A stretch of 64,000 nt of DNA from Candidatus Dormiibacterota bacterium (GTDB lineage Bacteria > Chloroflexota > Dormibacteria > Aeolococcales > Aeolococcaceae): positions 2,400,001-2,464,000 of the forward strand of contig OY970355.1 in assembly GCA_963718525.1 (NCBI GenBank), read 5' to 3'. Made by a program: the position numbers and the translations under genes. How positions within the stretch are numbered: the stretch's first letter is position 1; each line of letters begins with the position of its first letter. Positions 62,206-64,000 of this stretch are shown here, piece by piece. The notes beneath the pieces were generated by a model, which was not told where the DNA came from, made no database searches, and saw only the letters and a program-made list of their open reading frames with translations.

Positions 62206-62904
62206 ATGATCATCGACGATATTCGGCGGGTCGACTACGGGTATTTCATCCGGCCTGCGTCGGAAACCGGGACCGGCGAAGCGCGTGTCGAGTCGCTCCT
62301 CGGGTACCTGATTGCGCATCCTGAAGGTTCAGTGTTGTTCGACACCGGCCTCGGTGTTGCCGATGCCGAGACCGAGGCGCACTATCGCCCGCGCAGGCGT
62401 CCTCTCGATGTCGCGCTCCGCAGCGCCGGCACTGCCGTGAATGACGTGCGCTGGATCGTCAACTGCCACCTGCATTTCGACCACTGCGGCGGCAACCCGG
62501 CGTTCGCTGGCTGTCCTATCGTGGTGCAGTCAGCGGAGCTGGCCAGCGCACATGAGCCCGGATATACCGTGCCCGAGGTGGTGGACTTCGGTGGTGCCAA
62601 TTACCAGGTGATCGATGGCGAGCTCGAACTGCTCCACGGGGTGTGGGTGCTCCCGACTCCCGGGCACACCGCAGGTCACCAATCCGTAGCTGTCAGCTGC
62701 GACGACGGCACCGTCGTGCTGGCAGGTCAAGCGCATGACACGGCATCGGAATTTGCGGCTGATTTGCGTGCTGCGGTGGTGCATCAAGCGAGCGCCGACG
62801 CATTGGTCCCGCCGTACAGTGCGTGGATGGACCGAGTGCTGCAATTCGACCCGCGACGCATCGTCTTGGCGCACGATATCTCGGTGGTCGAGCCACTTCG
62901 GTAG
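62206..62904 (+). CDS. N-acyl homoserine lactonase-like metallo-beta-lactamase fold protein
   Basis: LFDTG, HLHFDHCGGN, TPGHTAGHQS, LAHD. Confidence 0.88.
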   Translation: MIIDDIRRVDYGYFIRPASETGTGEARVESLLGYLIAHPEGSVLFDTGLGVADAETEAHYRPRRRPLDVALRSAGTAVNDVRWIVNCHLHFDHCGGNPAFAGCPIVVQSAELASAHEPGYTVPEVVDFGGANYQVIDGELELLHGVWVLPTPGHTAGHQSVAVSCDDGTVVLAGQAHDTASEFAADLRAAVVHQASADALVPPYSAWMDRVLQFDPRRIVLAHDISVVEPLR

Positions 62905-62922
62905 GCGCCTCTAGCGCCCTCG

Positions 62923-63083
62923 TCAGGGCGGCGGCTCCACCACGGCAATCCCGTCGGTGATATGGATGCGCCACCCTTCCTCGTGCACCGCACGGTGGTG
63001 CGGCCGGCACAGCGGGACCAGATTCTCAACTCGGTGCGACCACCGTCCGGCCAGTGGATGATGTGGTGCCCGTCAATCCACAA
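62923..63083 (-). pseudogene. C-terminal HNH endonuclease remnant (DUF222-HNH-like), frameshifted
   Basis: WIDGHHIIHWPDGGRTEL, then in another frame NLVPLCRPHHRAVHEEGWRI...PPP*; no upstream body visible. Confidence 0.75.
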
Positions 63084-63375
63084 ATGTACGTTGATAACCA
63101 GTGACGCGTGAGATCAGGGCCGCGTACGGCAGGAGGTCCCCTCCCCGCACAAGCGAGCGACGAAGACATCTCGCAGCGCGGCCTGTTGAACGTCATTGGG
63201 AGGAAGCGGTAGTGCTGGCCGAGCTGCCGTGCTCCGCGTGGATGTCACCGATCCGGTGCCGGGGCTCACCTGAGCAGGCGGTCGGCCCGCGTCGCCATCG
63301 AATGGCACGCCGGCGCGGGGGTTGGGTGGGCGCCATCGCCCGGGCCAACCCTGACCGCGATCGGCCTGGGAGCCT

Positions 63376-63415
63376 GGGCGTCGGCCGCGAGGGCGTCGGC
63401 CGCGAGGGCGTCGGC
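63376..63415. repeat. 15-bp tandem repeat, 2.7 copies
   Basis: GGGCGTCGGCCGCGA twice plus GGGCGTCGGC. Confidence 0.85.
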
Positions 63416-63563
63416 TGTTAGACCGATGAAACCCATTGCGGATCGTGCCGAACCGGGCAAGGCGAGGATGTGGCGAGAACGTGCACGGCGGCAAATGGGC
63501 CTGCAGCCCAGTATGCGTGCGTCGCGTGTCAGCAAAATCGCCTCCGGAGGCGTTAGTAAGGAT

Positions 63564-64000
63564 GTGATTGGATCAGCGAGCCGGGTGACGACGAACGAAT
63601 CCCTGCCCGAGCTGGAGTTTGAGGCCGTCGTGGCCGCCGACGCGAGGCGGCTGTACACACTCGCGCTCTCCATCCTCCGGGACGAAGGCGAGGCCGAGGA
63701 CGCGGTGCAAGAGACGCTGCTCAAGGCATGGCGATCGTGGCCCTCCATCTCAGAGAGCGATCACCTCGCGCGATGGCTGACCCGCGTGTGCGTCAACCAC
63801 TGCACCAGCGTGCGCCGGCAACTCCACGCTCGAGGCTGGCCACCACTCGCACTCTTCGACGCGGCCGGATCGTCCGGTGGCCCCGGCAACCCCGCCGAGA
63901 TCATCGACGTCGATCGTGCATACCGCCGCCTGTCGATCAGGCAGCGGGCAGCCATCACCCTCAACTACCGGTACGGCTACTCGGTCGAGGAGTCCGCCGG
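63564..64000 (+). CDS. ECF-type sigma-70 factor (partial, runs off window end)
   Basis: Not in ORF track; manual translation gives LYTLALSIL, EAEDAVQETLLKAW, WLTRVCVNHC, LSIRQRAAITLNYRYGYSVEESA. Confidence 0.9.
   Translation, partial: MIGSASRVTTNESLPELEFEAVVAADARRLYTLALSILRDEGEAEDAVQETLLKAWRSWPSISESDHLARWLTRVCVNHCTSVRRQLHARGWPPLALFDAAGSSGGPGNPAEIIDVDRAYRRLSIRQRAAITLNYRYGYSVEESA

Noticed and set aside
63376-63415. Possible CRISPR array
   Set aside because: Contiguous 15-bp units, no spacers, no cas genes.

Overview
High-GC (roughly 70% by eye) bacterial chromosome segment. The gene content (spoVS, Gram-positive-type LexA boxes, Firmicutes-like gene order) suggests a Terrabacteria soil lineage such as Ca. 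Dormibacterota or a Chloroflexota relative; this is inference only. Positions 1-45.4 kb are an almost continuous minus-strand housekeeping block: thrS, tlyA-like, infC-rpmI-rplT-pheST-mpg, yebC-ruvCAB-queA-tgt-secDF-rimP-nusA-ylxR-infB-rbfA-nrnA-truB-ribF-rpsO-pnp-asd-udg-rnj-ftsK-yajQ-cinA-like-recA-recX, an AKR plus a plus-strand MFS gene, then rny-spoVS-miaB-mutS-mutL-miaA. Positions 45.4-64 kb are accessory: a small Cys-rich protein, a beta-carbonic anhydrase, transporters, an amidohydrolase, an oxidative sugar-acid cluster, a cyclase-NTPase-TPR protein, USP, a lactonase, an HNH relic and an ECF sigma factor. I saw no rRNA, tRNA, CRISPR array or intact mobile element. The most interesting unannotated signals are: (1) a Cys-rich, probably leaderless uORF with switchable hairpins upstream of a clade-D-like beta-carbonic anhydrase, a possible cysteine-gated carbonyl-sulfide scavenging module; (2) a ~330-nt multi-helix candidate ncRNA with its own promoter and terminator between yebC and mpg; (3) a cluster of DnaA-box-like 9-mers upstream of a small Zn-finger-like protein with a clamp-binding-like motif; (4) several apparent non-canonical start codons (infC ATC, infB ATA, rny ATC, two GTA/TAA overlaps); (5) two frameshifts and three substitutions that all fall on GACTCG/CGAGTC, suggesting methylation-linked sequencing errors. 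All calls were made by eye, without database searches or folding software.
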